A DNA stretch of 64,000 nt from the human T2T-CHM13v2.0 reference genome, Homo sapiens, in assembly GCF_009914755.1 (NCBI RefSeq), contig NC_060927.1; one strand, given 5' to 3'. Position 1 is the first letter of the stretch, and every line of letters begins with the position of its first letter. The position numbers and the translations under genes are program-made. Below, piece after piece: positions 40,551 to 57,607 of this stretch. The notes under the pieces were generated by a model that was not told the DNA's origin, did not search any database, and was given only the letters and a program-made list of their open reading frames with translations.

Positions 40551-40764
40551 CAGGGGTTGGCAAACTTTTTCTGCCAAGGGCCAGACAGTAAAATTTCGGC
40601 CTTTGTGGTCCATATGGCCTGTGTTGCAACTCCTCAATTCTTTCCTATGAAAACAGCTACAGACAAATGAATGGGCATGGCTGCATTCTAATGAAACTAT
40701 GCATAAAAACAGGTGGCGAGAGGGATCCAGGTTTGGCCCACAGACCATAGTTGGCCAACCAGTG
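40551..40764 (+). mobile_element. MER58A hAT-Charlie MITE, complete
   Basis: TIR caggggttggcaaact...agttggccaaccagtg; 8-bp TSD ttctaga(g/t) at 40543-40550 and 40765-40772. Confidence 0.88.
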
Positions 40765-41479
40765 TTCTAGATATTCTATCTTCAGTCCAGATCTCTGTAG
40801 GGGCCTTTTTACTCTTTGTTTTCACCTACCTTTAGATTTTTAAAGCCATTTCTAGCCCCACCTGAGCATCACCTTCCTCTCTCCGCAAAAATCCTGTGGA
40901 CCCAGATATAGCTGAATGAAGACCTGGCACAGAAGGCAGAACTCCAAGCAGAAGGTGGAGTGAGGCAGAAAGAAAGAATCCAAGAGCACAGAAATGCTGT
41001 GGGGAGAGGGAGCAGGGGGTGGAATGTAGAGTTAGAACTAAAAGCCAAGAACTAAGGCTTTCTCCTAGTGGGAACCTGAAAGATGGATCAGCAGAGTAGG
41101 GGAGTCACTCCTCAATTTCTACCCACCCACAGAAGCTGGATGCTTTAAAATATAGGATTCAAATCCATTCAAAATGAACCCTGTGTGGATATACTCTTGG
41201 ATTCCCTGTGTGAGCTTGATCTGACTAGGGGCCAGTTTGGTTATAGTATGCACTACCTTGCTAAGGACAGTACAGAGAATTATATCCTCACATCTCTCTG
41301 AAGACTGGTGCAAAGTAGCTTCAAAGCTTAAACAAGGTTATTTAATCTGTTGCCACTTCCAACAAACTGCTCAAACACAATTATATACAGCAGGGTAAGC
41401 ATGGAGCAGGTTGAGCCAGAAGAAACAAAGAGCAGGATATGTTTGTATAGAGAATGGATCTATTTAGTGTTACCAGATC

Positions 41480-41910
41480 CTAAAGCTGGAGGCAGATTCT
41501 CGTGCAAAATGGGGATGAGAGTTAAGCCAGGGTAAGACAACGGAGGGCATTGAATGTCCCAATAAATATCTCAGAGTTATACCTTGCATTCAATGGCAGG
41601 GTTATTGAACATCTTAGGTACGGCAGTTATGAGAAAGTATAGAGAGTAACTCAAAACAGAATCAGGGCTTGAGGCAGAGGGATTGGTCAGGAAGCCACTG
41701 CATAATCTAAGCAAGAGAAGATGAAGATCAGAACAAAGTCAGGGTATGAAAGGGATGAGGAGGAGGTTGCAGATTCAAGAAATATTTAGAGGCTAAAATC
41801 AGCAGGACCCAGTGAGCAATTAGATGTGAGAACAGGGGTATGTTGGAGACAGAAAGGAACTAAGGGTGGCTCAGATTTCTGTCCTGGACAACTGGGCAGA
41901 TGCCTGGACC
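41480..41910 (-). mobile_element. L2 fragment
   Basis: ggagggcattgaatgtcc..gaggcagaggga..aggaagccactgcataatctaagcaagag..agatttctgtcctggacaactgggcagatg. Confidence 0.65.
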
Positions 41911-43767
41911 ATGTCCCTGTGAAGCCAGACCAAGCCATACCCCAATATGATCTTCCAAATTACAGTGAGAACTACGCACCCAGCAAACAGGAAATCTGGA
42001 AAAAGTTCCAAGAAGAAAAGATTTAAAGACAAAACCAAGTTTGGAAATATCCCAGTAACAAGTACTGGAAATCATAATTACAGACGCATAAATAAAAGGC
42101 CAGCAGAGACAAACGACCATATGATGCTACTATTAAAGCTGGCTTTACTGTACACGGTAGTATTTCTACTGTGTTTCAATGTTTTGCCTGTAAAATACAC
42201 AAAGCTATAAAATGTATATCACATGTGTGTCTGTGTGTTTTACAACCAGGCCATGCCTTAGATGAACACCTTCTGTCCTGTAGTATTTCATTAGACACAG
42301 CACTTTTAAACAATGGAGGGAATTTTAGCAAGTACATATTTCCAATGACCCACCCAGAAAAGAGATTTGAGTGGGTGGGCACCCATTTACTATTTAGGTT
42401 TATGAATTATTATTATTTCTACAACTTTTAAAATATTTTCAAGTTGTCTTAAATAGTGTATACATCATTAAATAGATGTCAAATGATTATGGGAAAATGA
42501 CATGGAATTGTTGAAGATTTGAAGCACTACCAGTCATGGGTAACTAAATTTAAAAAGACATGTAGGATAGAAAAAGACAAAAATGAACAGCAAAACGTCC
42601 AGAAGCTTGGAAAAATATGTTCCCATGGAGTAAATTCAAGGTCTACATGCTGTGCCTAAATTCAAACCAAGACCTAGCATGCTGGCTTCTACATTCCACC
42701 TGCTGCCCTAACAGAGCTTGTTTTTTGTTTTTTGTTTTAAAAAAAAAAAAAAAAACTAAAAGATCGAAGTCCTACACCTTGAAGGACACACAAAGATTTT
42801 ATATCATTTATCAAGGATTGAAATAAATAATATTCAGAAACAGGCTCCTGGTCTTCCAGTTTCACCTGTGAAATGTACCTATGTTCCATGGACTACAGAA
42901 CAGTTGAACACAAGTAAGATCCGGGTTTGAATCTTGGGTCTGTCACTAGCAAACTGCATTCCGTGGAATAAGGCATCCTCCTTTATCACCTTCTGTCTCT
43001 ACATCTGAAAAATTAGGAGGTGAACTCGAGCATCATGGCCTCTTCCTGCCAGGTCCTCCAGCCAGGCAGCCCCTGGAGAGTCCTCCACAGCACTCCACAA
43101 GTTTTTCATTAATTTCCTATTTCAGGTCTCTGTGGCTGGAAGGCAAATCTATGAAGATGGGGGTCATGTAATCTTCTTGACTTCAGAATACCCAATGCAT
43201 AATACAGTTCCTGGCACTCAGGAGGAGCTCAATAAATATTTTTAAAGTAACTGCCTTCAAGTAACTTCCAAAGGCTTTTTTTAATTCATTTGTTTTTGTG
43301 CAGTTAGTTACTAGCAATGCCAGAAATAAAATTCAGATCCCTGATACTGCCCTGAGAGTGGAGGGCAAATCAGTTCTAAGTTGGACCCCTGTCCATTCTG
43401 TTTTTGCTATCAGATCATTTGGGGACTTGCCTCATTAGAAGCTTTCCCAGTAACTGGTTGCTTGCCCATCTGAAGGTCCACATTCCTAAACTGTTCCCCA
43501 GAGCCTCCTGTTTCTTCCAAAAGGAAACATAAACCCTATTTAGGTTTGTCTTAGATTTTACATTAACAACCATAAAGAGACTGATCATGAAATGGCACAT
43601 ACTAGGAAAGTTGCAAAGGTAAGCAGAATCTCAGGGTAACTTCTCAAAATTAAGCCTTGTCCCACTCAATTCTTCTCCTTCCCTAAAAATCCCTAGGGAA
43701 TGATCCATCCCACAAAGTTGCACCATCCTTTTGTTTTTTTGCTTTTTATGGCAGGGGGTGTTTGTAC

Positions 43768-45336
43768 TTTTTACATTTTTATTTTCAATTTTTGTGGGTG
43801 CACAGATGTATATATTTATGGGGTATATGAGATATTTTGATATAGGCACACAATGTGCAATAATCACATCAGAGTAAATGAGGTATCTATCACCTCAAGC
43901 ATTTATCCTTTCTTTGTATTACAAATAATTCTATTCTATTCTTTTAGTTATTTTAAAACATACAATAAATTATTGTTGACTCTAGTCATCCTGTCGTGTT
44001 ATCAAATACTAGATCTTATTCATCCTATCTAACTATATTTTTGTACCAGTTAACCATCCCCACTCCCCGACTCCAACCCCAGTACCCTTCCCAGCCTCTG
44101 GTAACCATCCTTCTACTCTCTATCTCCATGAGTTTCACTGTTTTAATTTTTTTTAGCTCCCACAAATAAGTGAGAACATGAGAAGTTGGTCTTTCTGTGC
44201 CTGGCTTATTTTACATCACATAACTACCTCTAGTTCCACCCATGTTGTTGCAAATGACAGGATCTCATTCTGTGTTATGGCTGAATGGTACTCCATTGTG
44301 TATATGTATCACATTTTCTTTATCCACTCATCTGTTGATAGACACTTAGGTTCCTTCCAAATCTTGGCTATTGTGAATAGTACTGCAGTAAACATAGTAG
44401 TGTAGATATCTCTTTGATATATGGATTTCCTTTCTTTTGGGTATATACCTAGCAGTAAGATTGCTGCATTGTATGGTAGTTCCATTTTTAGTTTTTTAAG
44501 GAACCTCCAAACTGTTCTCCATAGTGGTTGTACATAGTGGTTACACTCCTACCAACAGTGCGTAAGTCTTCCCTTTTCTCACATCCTTCCCAGCATTTGT
44601 TATTGCCTGTCTTTTGGATAAAAGCCATTTTAGCCAGGATAAGATGATATCTCCTTGTAGTTTTGCTTTGCCTTTCTCTGATGATCAATAATGTTGAGTA
44701 CTTTTTTCATATACCTGTTTGCCATTTGTATGTCTTCTTTTGAGAAATGTCTATTCACGTCTTTTGCCCATTTTTTAATCGAATTATTCAATTTTTTTCT
44801 TATAGAGTTGTTAGAGCTCCTTATATATTCTGGTTATCAATCCCTTTTCAGATGGATAGTTTGCAAATATTTCCCATTCTGTAGGCTGTCTCTTCACTTT
44901 GTTGATTGTTTCCCTTGTGTGTAGAAGCTTTTTAACTTGATGTAATCCCACTTGTCCATTTTTATTTAGATGCCTGTGCTTGTGGGGTATTACTCAAGAA
45001 ATCTTTGCCCAGTCCAATGTCCTGGAGAGTTTCCCCAGTGTTTTCTTTTAGGAGAGTCATAGTTTGAGAACTTAGATTTAAGTCTTTTCTACATTTTGAT
45101 TTGATTTTTGTATATGGCAGAGACTGGGGGCTAGTTTCATTCTTCTGTATATGGATGTCCAGTTTTCCCAGCACCATTTACTGAAGAGACTGTCCTTTCC
45201 CCAATGTATCATTCTTGGCAACTTTGTTGAAAACGAGTTCACTGTAGATGTCTGGATCTATTTCCAGGTTCTCTATTCTGTTCTATTGGTCCATGTATCT
45301 CTTTTTATGCCAGAACCATACTGTTTTGGTTACTAT
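43768..45336 (-). mobile_element. L1MA (MA1-4-like) 3' 1.57 kb, same orientation as ERC2
   Basis: gtatatttatggggtatatgagatattttgatataggc..; ORF2 C-terminal remnants in minus ORFs 44488-44688 and 44962-45177. Confidence 0.9.
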
Positions 45337-45940
45337 CCACCATTGCTTTGTTCCTGCCATGGGGAGTTAACCTCTCTGGTGGGGAGTACTCCCCATCTCC
45401 TTGACCAAGATCCCTCTTCCTCAGCCAGTAGAGAGAGGCTCCCAGTTTGAACCTTCTCTCAATTTTTCTATCTACTGATTGCTGGGTCCCCTCCCCTAAG
45501 CCACAGGGACTGGGAAAATAGCTGTTGACTCCTTCAGAGGAGGAGCTCCAGAAGAGTGTAAACAGAGAGCTCCCCCTAAAACTTCCTGCTCAGCACTGCC
45601 ATCCTGATGTCCACTGTCTCTGAGTCTCCAGAAGAGACTCCCTCACAATGGCAGAAGTAAGGGGCTCTGAGCCAGCCACACCCCTCACAGGTACTGCCCT
45701 GCCCTTCTCAATTTCTCCAAGCAGCTTCCTCTTACCTGCTAGCCCTGGCTGAGTTCAAGTTTTGTATATTTTTTTCTCTTGACTTTTGATCTTCCTTGCA
45801 TGCCCACTTTTATTTCATTCCTGTTCTTCCAATGGGAAAAATTTGAAGCTTGCTTTCAAATAAGGAAAGAAAAAAGTGGACAAAGCTAAGTTATAATATA
45901 TAGGGATAGGCAAATGGATAATAAAAATTACAAAGGAAGG

Positions 45941-48092
<2,152 letters not shown>

Positions 48093-49253
48093 AAAGGAGG
48101 AAGTGGTGTGGTTTGAGCAAGACCTCTTGGAGAGGTTCTGGGGTAACTAAAAAGTTCTAGGTCCTTACATGAGTGTTGGCTCAAAGGTGTTCATCTTATA
48201 AAAATCATTTGCTGTGCATGTGCTTAAGCTGTTTTCTGCATTTGTACTGTACTTAAAATTTTTACTTCTTTTTTCAACTCTCATCATCTTGGATTCTATA
48301 ACTTAACTATGGAATAACGATCAACTGGATTTGTGTAGAATTTGTTCTGTAAATAGAGAACCTAACAAGTCTCCTCCCATGTTTTCATAAGTTCTCATTG
48401 CTGCAATAAATATTTCATATCCAACTTCCATTTGCTTGTCTCTATTCATGAATCAAAGCAGATCTGCTTGAAGACAGACAGTATGTCTAAGTAAGGAAAG
48501 CTAGGCTAGAGAAAAGCTTCCATGATGGATAACCTAGGGTCTAAAAGGCCTGAGTAGTCACTAAAAATATAATGCCTCTTTCCTTTTATGTCTGTTAAAG
48601 TATTTTAAAGAATTTCTATGTACCGAGAAGAACTTTAAAGCAGATGAAGGCAATAATGATGTTATTATTATGACATCTATTGCTATTGCTTGCCTGGGGC
48701 TAAGTATTTAATGCACTTCATCAAATTTAATCTTTATAACAACCCTAAGAGATGGATATCATGTTTTCTTAGTAATTCTGCCTGGTTCATACTGTTATGA
48801 ACAGGCTGTGCTCGTTCTCACCTCTGGACCTTTGTACATGCTGTTTCCTTTACCTGAAATGCACTGCCCCCAAATATTTGCATGGCTGGCTTCTGCTCTG
48901 CCTTCAGATCTTAGCTTGAATACTGCACACTCCTCATTTCACAATCATCCCTCTTTTCCTTTCTGGTACCCCTTAAAATATATTCCCAATACATTCACCA
49001 CTCATAAAAGCAAGTGTCCAGTGGGATTCTTTATTCCTTGACAGAACTATAGTAAAATCTTCCAAAAGTAACAGATGACTCTGATGACTGAGCCATCCTG
49101 GAAATTTTTTTCAGCGAATACTCAGCTAGAATGAGGCAAACTATCTTGAGATACTTACCTTTTAATAAGGAGCCATGAAAAAAAGAAGGCAATTAATACA
49201 TAGGTCTGGCCAGCAAAAATGGTATTGTTAATTACTTTGAAGAATAAAGAAAG

Positions 49254-49597
<344 letters not shown>

Positions 49598-50679
49598 TTA
49601 GGCTTAGAAGTGAGAAAGCCTACCCTCTGTGCAAAAATGAAACCAAAGAAAAGAATCTTAAATTCTCATTGAAACAGCTGTACATGGGTTTTGGCAAGTC
49701 AAGTTTTAATTGCAAAATTTAAGCAACAATAAAGATAGCAAACACAATTCTTCAGCCATGAGAAGAAAGAATAACGATACCTGTATGCACTTAAACCAAC
49801 AGGGAAGTATACAGTGTTTCTAAAATTTATTTCATGGCTAAAATTTGTGTTTAGCTTGGTTTTGTGGCTGCCTTTGCAGCCTATATGTGCAGGGCTTTAT
49901 AAATACTCTTCAGGGATCCTGCCTCCCCATAGCATCAATCAAATTAACCAAGTAGCCGTCAAAGTCCGTTTGGAGAGCTCTATGTGGCTCAAACCAACTG
50001 CAGGCAAACCGCGTGGCCACAGGAGCCGTGCCATTTCCTCCTCAGTCACCTCACTCCTGTGGCCTCTGGACTGGAGACGGTGTCCAGCCTCTCGATTTAC
50101 AGGAACCCTTTGCCCACCTCCAGTGCGTGGGTATGCAAGGCCATATTTAGCTCAACCTACGCATAGTTCACTTTGCCCAACCAGGTGAAGCCAGACACCA
50201 AGTGAGCACAAAGAAGAAAGGGCTTTCTGTCTCAAGTATCTGTCTGTGTGAAGTCAGTGGCCACTTTGGTGCCTATGTGTCAAATTCTTTGGGTTTTTAA
50301 TTTAGAGGTGGAAAATACAGCCATCTAACTCTAGCAAGCAAAATTAAGGAGGCCATGATGTTTCATGGCAAGAAAATAAAACCATTTGAAAATGGATATG
50401 CATATGTGTATATATATCTATATACGCGCATATATACCATATGTGCATGTGTGCTCAATGAGGGTATGGCTAGCTGCCAAACATTAAGAAAAGTTCTAAA
50501 AATTTATGATGCTGGGAAAAAGTATACAAAGACATAAATCTTGCATTTTTCTCCCAGTCAGTGCAAAAGTATCAGAACAGGCATGCAAATCTTCAATACA
50601 GTTTAACCCTAAGAGTTTCGAGTTAAAACATATCAGAATATGACTGAATATTTGGTCAATGCTAGGTGTAGTAATGATA

Positions 50680-50920
50680 ATGATGACAACAGTAATTGTG
50701 ACTGTCATTTCCAGAGTACACTCCCATGCATAAAGAACTGTGACAATGACTTTACATTGAGAAGTCATTGATTCATACAAACTGATGAGGTAGCTAGTCT
50801 TCTTATCCCCATTTTAAAGATAAGAAAACTGAGGCATAGCAAGAGTAAGCAATCTCAAAATCACACAGCTGTGAAGTGCTAGAAGAAGGAATGGATTCCA
50901 GGCCTACGTAACTCTAGATT
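50680..50920 (-). mobile_element. MIR
   Basis: atccccattttaaagataagaaaactgaggcatag..tcacacagct. Confidence 0.7.
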
Positions 50921-52619
50921 GAAGAATGAAAAGAGATGGCCACTGACATGCAGCCTCCCTTCTGAAATGGGGAATGGAAAAGAAACAACATCCAGATCTA
51001 GACAAAGAAAAAAAATTGGGAAGAACTCAGGAAATTTCTGGATAATTTAGGCCTTTAAGGAATCAACATCATCCACAATGTCTACATAATTTTGGCAATA
51101 TGAAGTCTTTTTGTGATTACAAATGACTTTGAATTTTCTGCAGTATAGAAGGAGCCATTTGAAAAGTTCAAAACCCAATCAGTATATTATTTATATGATG
51201 CTTAAAAATTAGCTTGCTTCATTTCAAATAAAAAAATCATGCGGTCTGGGGGAAAAAAAGATAAGGTTACAAAACATGCCAGACTGTTCCCATCTCTGTG
51301 CACATAATCCCCATTCTAAGCAGTGACCTTGGAGGCTGTGACCTACTCCAAAGATGTAGCCTTTACTCCATGACATTTTGGGAAACAGCTTTGGAACCAT
51401 CTTCAGAGTTAGGCACAGTACCCTGCCAGAAGCATAACTTTATAGCCACATGTTTTTTAGAACCAAGTCTGGAGAATAAGGCTGCTGATCAAAATAGGAA
51501 ATGCTGGGTTTTAGGTAAGAACATGTGATTACAAAAGAGTATGATCTCTTGCATGGCTTTCAAGGTGGCCAGAGGAGTTCCAGAAAGCTTTTGAGTAATA
51601 GTCGCCATGCTGGGAAGTGAATACCAGTTCCACGGGGTGATAGCTGAGAAGGAAAACATTCATTTGAAATGTGAGTGCCAAAAACTAGACTATTGAAGAT
51701 GGTGGCTGTGACGTAGTCCTAGTGCTTACACAGGTTTAGTGTTCCCTGCATGGAGCCCGGCACACAGCAGGTGACCACTGTGCATTTGCTGAATAGCTCA
51801 ATTACTCCATCCATCTGTCAATTAGACAATGAACAAACTCTTGGCTAGTGAGAAAATTCCTTGCTCACATAAGTGCTATTGGCCAAGATCTAAACACTCA
51901 GAAAAAGTATGGCTTCACTTAGAGAACCAAAGTATGAAGAAAAAGTTGCTCTGAGAACCTGCCGGCTCATTTTGCCACCTTTCTGAAAATTTTTCCAGTC
52001 TGCAGGCCATGTGCCCTACATGTGTGCATACAGGGTGCCTGCCACACAAGGCCATTGCTCTGAGGACAGGGTGGAAATTAGGTTTCCTCTGGCCCCTTTG
52101 TTACGCTGCCCTCCCTGCTCTCCAGACAGCCATTCCAAGCAGCTTCTAATGAGGAAGGTGCCCTCTGCAACTTCAAGGAGAAATGAAAAACAGCTAGGGT
52201 AGCTCAACAATAATGCACATCTTCAAATGCCAACAAGAATGCCTCTTGCAGAAAATCTCTGTTCAAACAAACTTCATGACAAAATCTAAATAGTGCATTC
52301 TTTATTCATGGTTAGCCTATCTGATTATTCAGTTATTCATGCATCTCATTTTATGAATAATTAATAGTAATTATCTTATTACCTATCAGGCACTGAAAAG
52401 ACACAGGTCCTCACTTCGAAGGAGGTCTCCATTGAGTCTCAGGCAGAACATACACTCCTGCTCTCTCCCGAGCCCCCTGCATGGGCTGATTGGCGTTGGC
52501 ACTCTTCTCTTCCCTCACAGATACAGCCTCAGTCCTTCTCTCCTGCATGCTGAGAAGCCACTACCAATCCTCAGAGCTGCTATGGAAGCTTATTTGCAAC
52601 TCTGCTCACTTATAATAAC

Positions 52620-53110
52620 TCATGTATTCAGTTAGTCAAAAAGTATTTATTGAATGTCTACCAAGGGCCAACTCTGTTTTGGATACGTAAATAGTCCTAC
52701 ATTCTAGGAGGAGGGATGATGGACAAAGTGCCTATGTGCTCATGGGAAAGACAGATAAGTATACAAATAACTGTACATTATTATTTTAGGCTGTGATATA
52801 AGTGATGAAGAAAAATAAAGACAGAAACATAAAGAAAGACAAGAACTATTAATTAGAAAGAGCATTCAGAGAAAGCCTGTCTGAGAAAACGACATGGCAG
52901 CAGAAACCTACATGAAATGAAGAAGTAACTCACACACATACCTGAAGAAAGAACCTTCTAGCTAAGGGACCAGCTTGTTCCAAGGGCAGGGAGGGTTTGG
53001 AGACTGGAGTGCTGGAGCAGTCAGTGAGGGAAACAATGGGAGGACAACAGGGGGTCCCAAAGAGAGCCAGGGCCAATGGCACAGGGTGCTATAGGCTATG
53101 GTAAGTAAGG
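52620..53110 (-). mobile_element. L2 fragment
   Basis: ttcagttagtcaaaaagtatttattgaatgtcta..cattctagg..cagagaaagcctgtctgaga..ggagcagtcagtgaggg. Confidence 0.65.
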
Positions 53111-53179
53111 TCTTTACAGAGCCCTCACCAGTGTAAATGCTGAAAAACAACATGACATCATCAGCATCCTAGCAACATC

Positions 53180-53360
53180 ATCACGGCATCAACCTGCATT
53201 TACTCTGTGCCGGATGCTGTTTTCTAAATGACCACACAACACTAGGAGGCAAGTACTACCATCACCCGAAACTTATCAACCTTGTTGCACAACACACAGC
53301 TAGTAAGTGACAGCATCGGGAGTCAACACAGAAGCCAATGATCTTAACCCACGTGGTAAA
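53180..53360 (-). mobile_element. MIR
   Basis: catttactctgtgccgg..cacaacactaggaggcaagtacta..cacacagctagtaagtgacag. Confidence 0.6.
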
Positions 53361-53385
53361 AACATCCCTTAGAAAAGCAATTACA

Positions 53386-53701
<316 letters not shown>

Positions 53702-55744
53702 TTACAGCCCGGCCTGGTAAAGAGATAAAAAACATTCACACCTACTCAAAACCTGTAAAACAAGCTAATGATCTGAGTAGATGGCTGTGGCTTTGTTCAA
53801 GACTCCAGCTACTTGGTCACACATGGGTTCCTAAGGTACTGGGGTCAAACCTCTCAGAGGGGAAGATAAGGTGCAGGGAAGGCTGCACCAGATGATGGAA
53901 AAGCACCTCCAGGGGGGTCACTGACTGTTAGGCAGAGGAGGCTTGTGGAGAGTTCAGGTGACATTGTTCCATGAAATACAAGAGTAAAAAAAAGCACATG
54001 TTGTGTAATAAATGATTTTGAATGTAACTAAACTGATAATATAAATGTCATAAGTAGACATCTTGATTATTTTATCTATATCTCTGTAAGTTTCTATATT
54101 GAAACTTGAAAATTTATCTTTGAGAAATAGTAGATGAGTTTGTATTCAGGGTGGCTTATGTTTGGGTACATGAGATTATATTTACTGACTCATAAATGAC
54201 GGGAAGAAGTGGTCATCAGAGCCAGGGATAGAGGCCTAGCTCTTAGCCTAGAAACACATGCAGGGAGCCCCAGCAATGCTGCAGGAGCTGACTTGGGTGG
54301 AAAAACTCAAGCTGCCTTTACTTAGAAGGTTCATGTTTTAAACTTGTAGTGCTGCTTAGTCCAATCTACCAAAAAGCCCTACGCCCACATTTCCTAGTAT
54401 GTCTTATGATTAGGTCTTCATGGTTCTGTCTGTCCATTAGACAGGGCATGAGAGAGAAGCAAGAACCCAGCCTCGAAAAACCAAGAGGTTCTTTCAGAGC
54501 CCAACATGATGCCTGTGGAATGAATGAATAGATTAAAACTTTCATTTCAGAAGCATTTAAAATATAGAGCTATGTCCTTATTTTTATATGGGAAACAATA
54601 AGCTTTGAGAATTAAAAACATTACAGAAAAGAATGTCCTTGCCCAACTGCCATATATCTCCCAGACTTCATAGCTAACTATGATCTCATTCTAACTACTA
54701 CCCTGGTCTCAACCACTGGACTCTAACGTACATGTGGTAATTCCTGTGAAGTGAAACTTTATTCTGGTGAACCAAGCAACAGTCAAGAACGACCTTAATC
54801 TCTCATTTCCACTAGGAGGAAAATAACCTTGCAAGATGAGTAAAAGGTAAAGCCGTCATTAAGTCAGGTTAAGAGAGGTGCAGTTCATTCAGAAATCACA
54901 GGCCCATGTCTGAACAGACCCAGGCATCTAGGAGATGTACACTCAAGGTTATATTGTTTAACAGTTAACATTTTTAAATGTGCGGTTTTCTAATTTCTTA
55001 TAAGGATCCTTTCACAGCCAAAAAAGTACAACCAAAATAAAAACAAGTCTGCTGGTAATGACACAGGGACGCTCTGTGCTTCATTTTCAACCCGTATAAT
55101 TGACTTTGACAGCATAACATGAGCCTAGAGCACTATATTCCATATTGCCTTAGCAGAAAAAAAGGTAAAATTGCATCCAAGTTACAATTAACAATGGATA
55201 CTTAAAAATTTCAATTTTATATTTTAAACCTGGAAATATTTCCACACCTTCCCCCAAAACAGTCATCAATTTTTTTAAAAAAAATTTATCAGATTTGGAT
55301 TTGGAGTATAGCATAATGTGAACTTGTAATTAGAAATCAATGTGGATTCTGGGATCAAGAAATAATAGATGAAAATATTACTGTACCTTTCATAAACATT
55401 TTTCAATTTGCTTCATATCAGCTTTCTTAATGAGGTACAATTTTTTAAAAGTACATTAGAATTAGAATTTTCTTGGTTAATCATTATAACAGAGCTGTTT
55501 TTCAACAAAGTGGCAGGGGCAATCCAGGTGAATTTTGATTCAGCAAAGACAATATTATGCTTAATAAAGTATCACCGCAGAATTTGACCAACCTCAAACT
55601 CTAATCCAAGAAGTAATTGCATATGTCAGTTATCATCAGTAAGAATTGCCTAAATCGGCATTTGCCCAAGTTCCATAAAATGCTAATACTTTGCAATGTT
55701 AATAAATGCCCTAGTGGGAAAGAAAAGGGCTCCCTTTGTCAAGT

Positions 55745-55950
55745 GATTTAGAGAAATTCTGGATTGAAGAATATCAAACATTTCTTTTGACTGCAGGACT
55801 TCTCAGAGCCTTTAACATGTTAATATGCACAGTATTCTTAACCTAAAAGAATATGTATTATTTTCCAGAGGCATTTGACAAATGAAACCCCTTTTCCTTA
55901 TAGTATTCCATAGAACCATCACTCTGATAAACATGTTTTGTGAAATGTGA
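55745..55950. mobile_element. Old hAT-Charlie fragment (MER112/MER113-type)
   Basis: actgcaggacttctcagagcctttaacatgttaatatgca..atttgac..gaaacccctttt. Confidence 0.5.
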
Positions 55951-56559
55951 ATCTAGATTATATCAACCCTCTTTTAGTCAAATTAGTCTCTATTCTATTT
56001 TCCCACAGCTCACTATGACCTGAACAATTAGGAGAAAAATAGCCCCTGCTGACATAGTGGCTTATTAAAACAATAATCTACTTCACAAACAATTACATTT
56101 TAAAGCCACATAGTTCCTTCCCTTGAGAAATGTCTGTAAGCCAGGTGGCTCAATTCTGAGAAGTTCCTGCACTGTGTATCTTGTGTCCAGACTGTCAGAG
56201 TTCTAATCCATCTTGCACCAAAAAAGTAACAATTGGTGGATGTATTATTATAACCGATTGCTCTAAAGAAAACAAAATGTGTTAGTGCACACTATGAAAT
56301 TCTCAAAATGGCAGACCCTGCACTCCAGATGGAAAACAGAGTTCTTAGAGTGACTTACATTTAAAGCCAGGTATTCTATATTACCAGGATGGTGCCAAGA
56401 AGACTGACTTCCCTAGATTCCCAATGGGAGGACATCCCTGCTCCTGACCTGCATGTTCTATTTTGGCAGCAGCCTCACTAGTTGGCCCATGAGCCTCCCC
56501 TGCTTGGAAGGTGCTTTTAAATCACCACATATGTGCACCCTTCAATTAGTCCCCAGACC

Positions 56560-56690
56560 CCAGGATTTCAGAGTTGAAAGGGCCTTACTTCAATACAAGC
56601 CCCTCTTTTGTAGATGAGAAAACTGAGGCTTAGAGAAAAAAAAATCACTCGAGCCTAGACTAAAACCCAGATCCCCTCACTTCCTGCTTG
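56560..56690 (-). mobile_element. MIR/MIR3 fragment
   Basis: cagagttgaaagggcctta..ttttgtagatgagaaaactgaggcttagaga. Confidence 0.7.
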
Positions 56691-57607
56691 ATACATTCGT
56701 CTCTCACCCACTCAGAAGCTCAGAGCCCCACGGATGACCTGAGGTCCAAAAGGCCTTCCAGAAGCTTCTGTTCTAGCATGCAAGAGCCAAGAGTCCAGCT
56801 GCAGCCACAACTTCATTGTTACCTCTTTCAAATACTCTTCTGTCTCAGAGCACGCAGCAGCCCAGTAATGCATGTTCTGGTTTACTTTCAGAAGCTACTG
56901 CAAATCAAATGCTGGGGGGAGGACATCTTTAGTCAGAAGAAAAGATCTTGAGATATTCAAATGTAAGGAATTTTGTCTTACTTGTTGTTACATCTCAGTA
57001 GGTTGCACAGTGCCTAGCACACAAAAAAGTCCTCAAAAAACATCATTGGGAATGCTTGATGAACTGAAGGCAGAGTCTTACACACATTTAAGAAGCATTT
57101 AAGTCTAACTCACTACTTAAAATAAAGCTTAATCCGTTTCCATAAAATCCATGCAAAACCCCGTTACCCAAGTTTATGCCACCTAATTTTTCTATGTTTT
57201 TGGAGGGGCCTGACCAGCATCTTCACTGTTGATACAGTTACTGTGCCCAATAAAAGGCATGCAAAGAAACAGTTCCACTCAGGAGAAAGAAAGGTGTCCA
57301 GTTTATGACTGAGACCTGAGAAACAGCATCGGCTCTTTCTCTTGCTTAAATTAACATCACTAAGTCTCAATCTTCTTATCTGTAAAGTGGTTTCAAAGAT
57401 AGTAACATCTTCATTAGTTTGTTGGGACAATTAAACAATTCATTGTGTGTACACAGCAACTTGGCCAACTATGATTGCTTTTTTTAATGGCTGCTAATAT
57501 TGAAAAGAATTATTAAGCTGGGTGGGTAAGACTTGTCTTGGGATCAGTTGCGTGTACCTGCCATGGGTGTCAATGAAGAGGGTGCAACAGACACATCAGG
57601 TGTTTGC

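Noticed and set aside
50395-50455. Alternating purine/pyrimidine, self-complementary tract (pre-miRNA or Z-DNA-like)
   Set aside because: Low-complexity (TA/CA/TG) sequence; pairing expected by composition.
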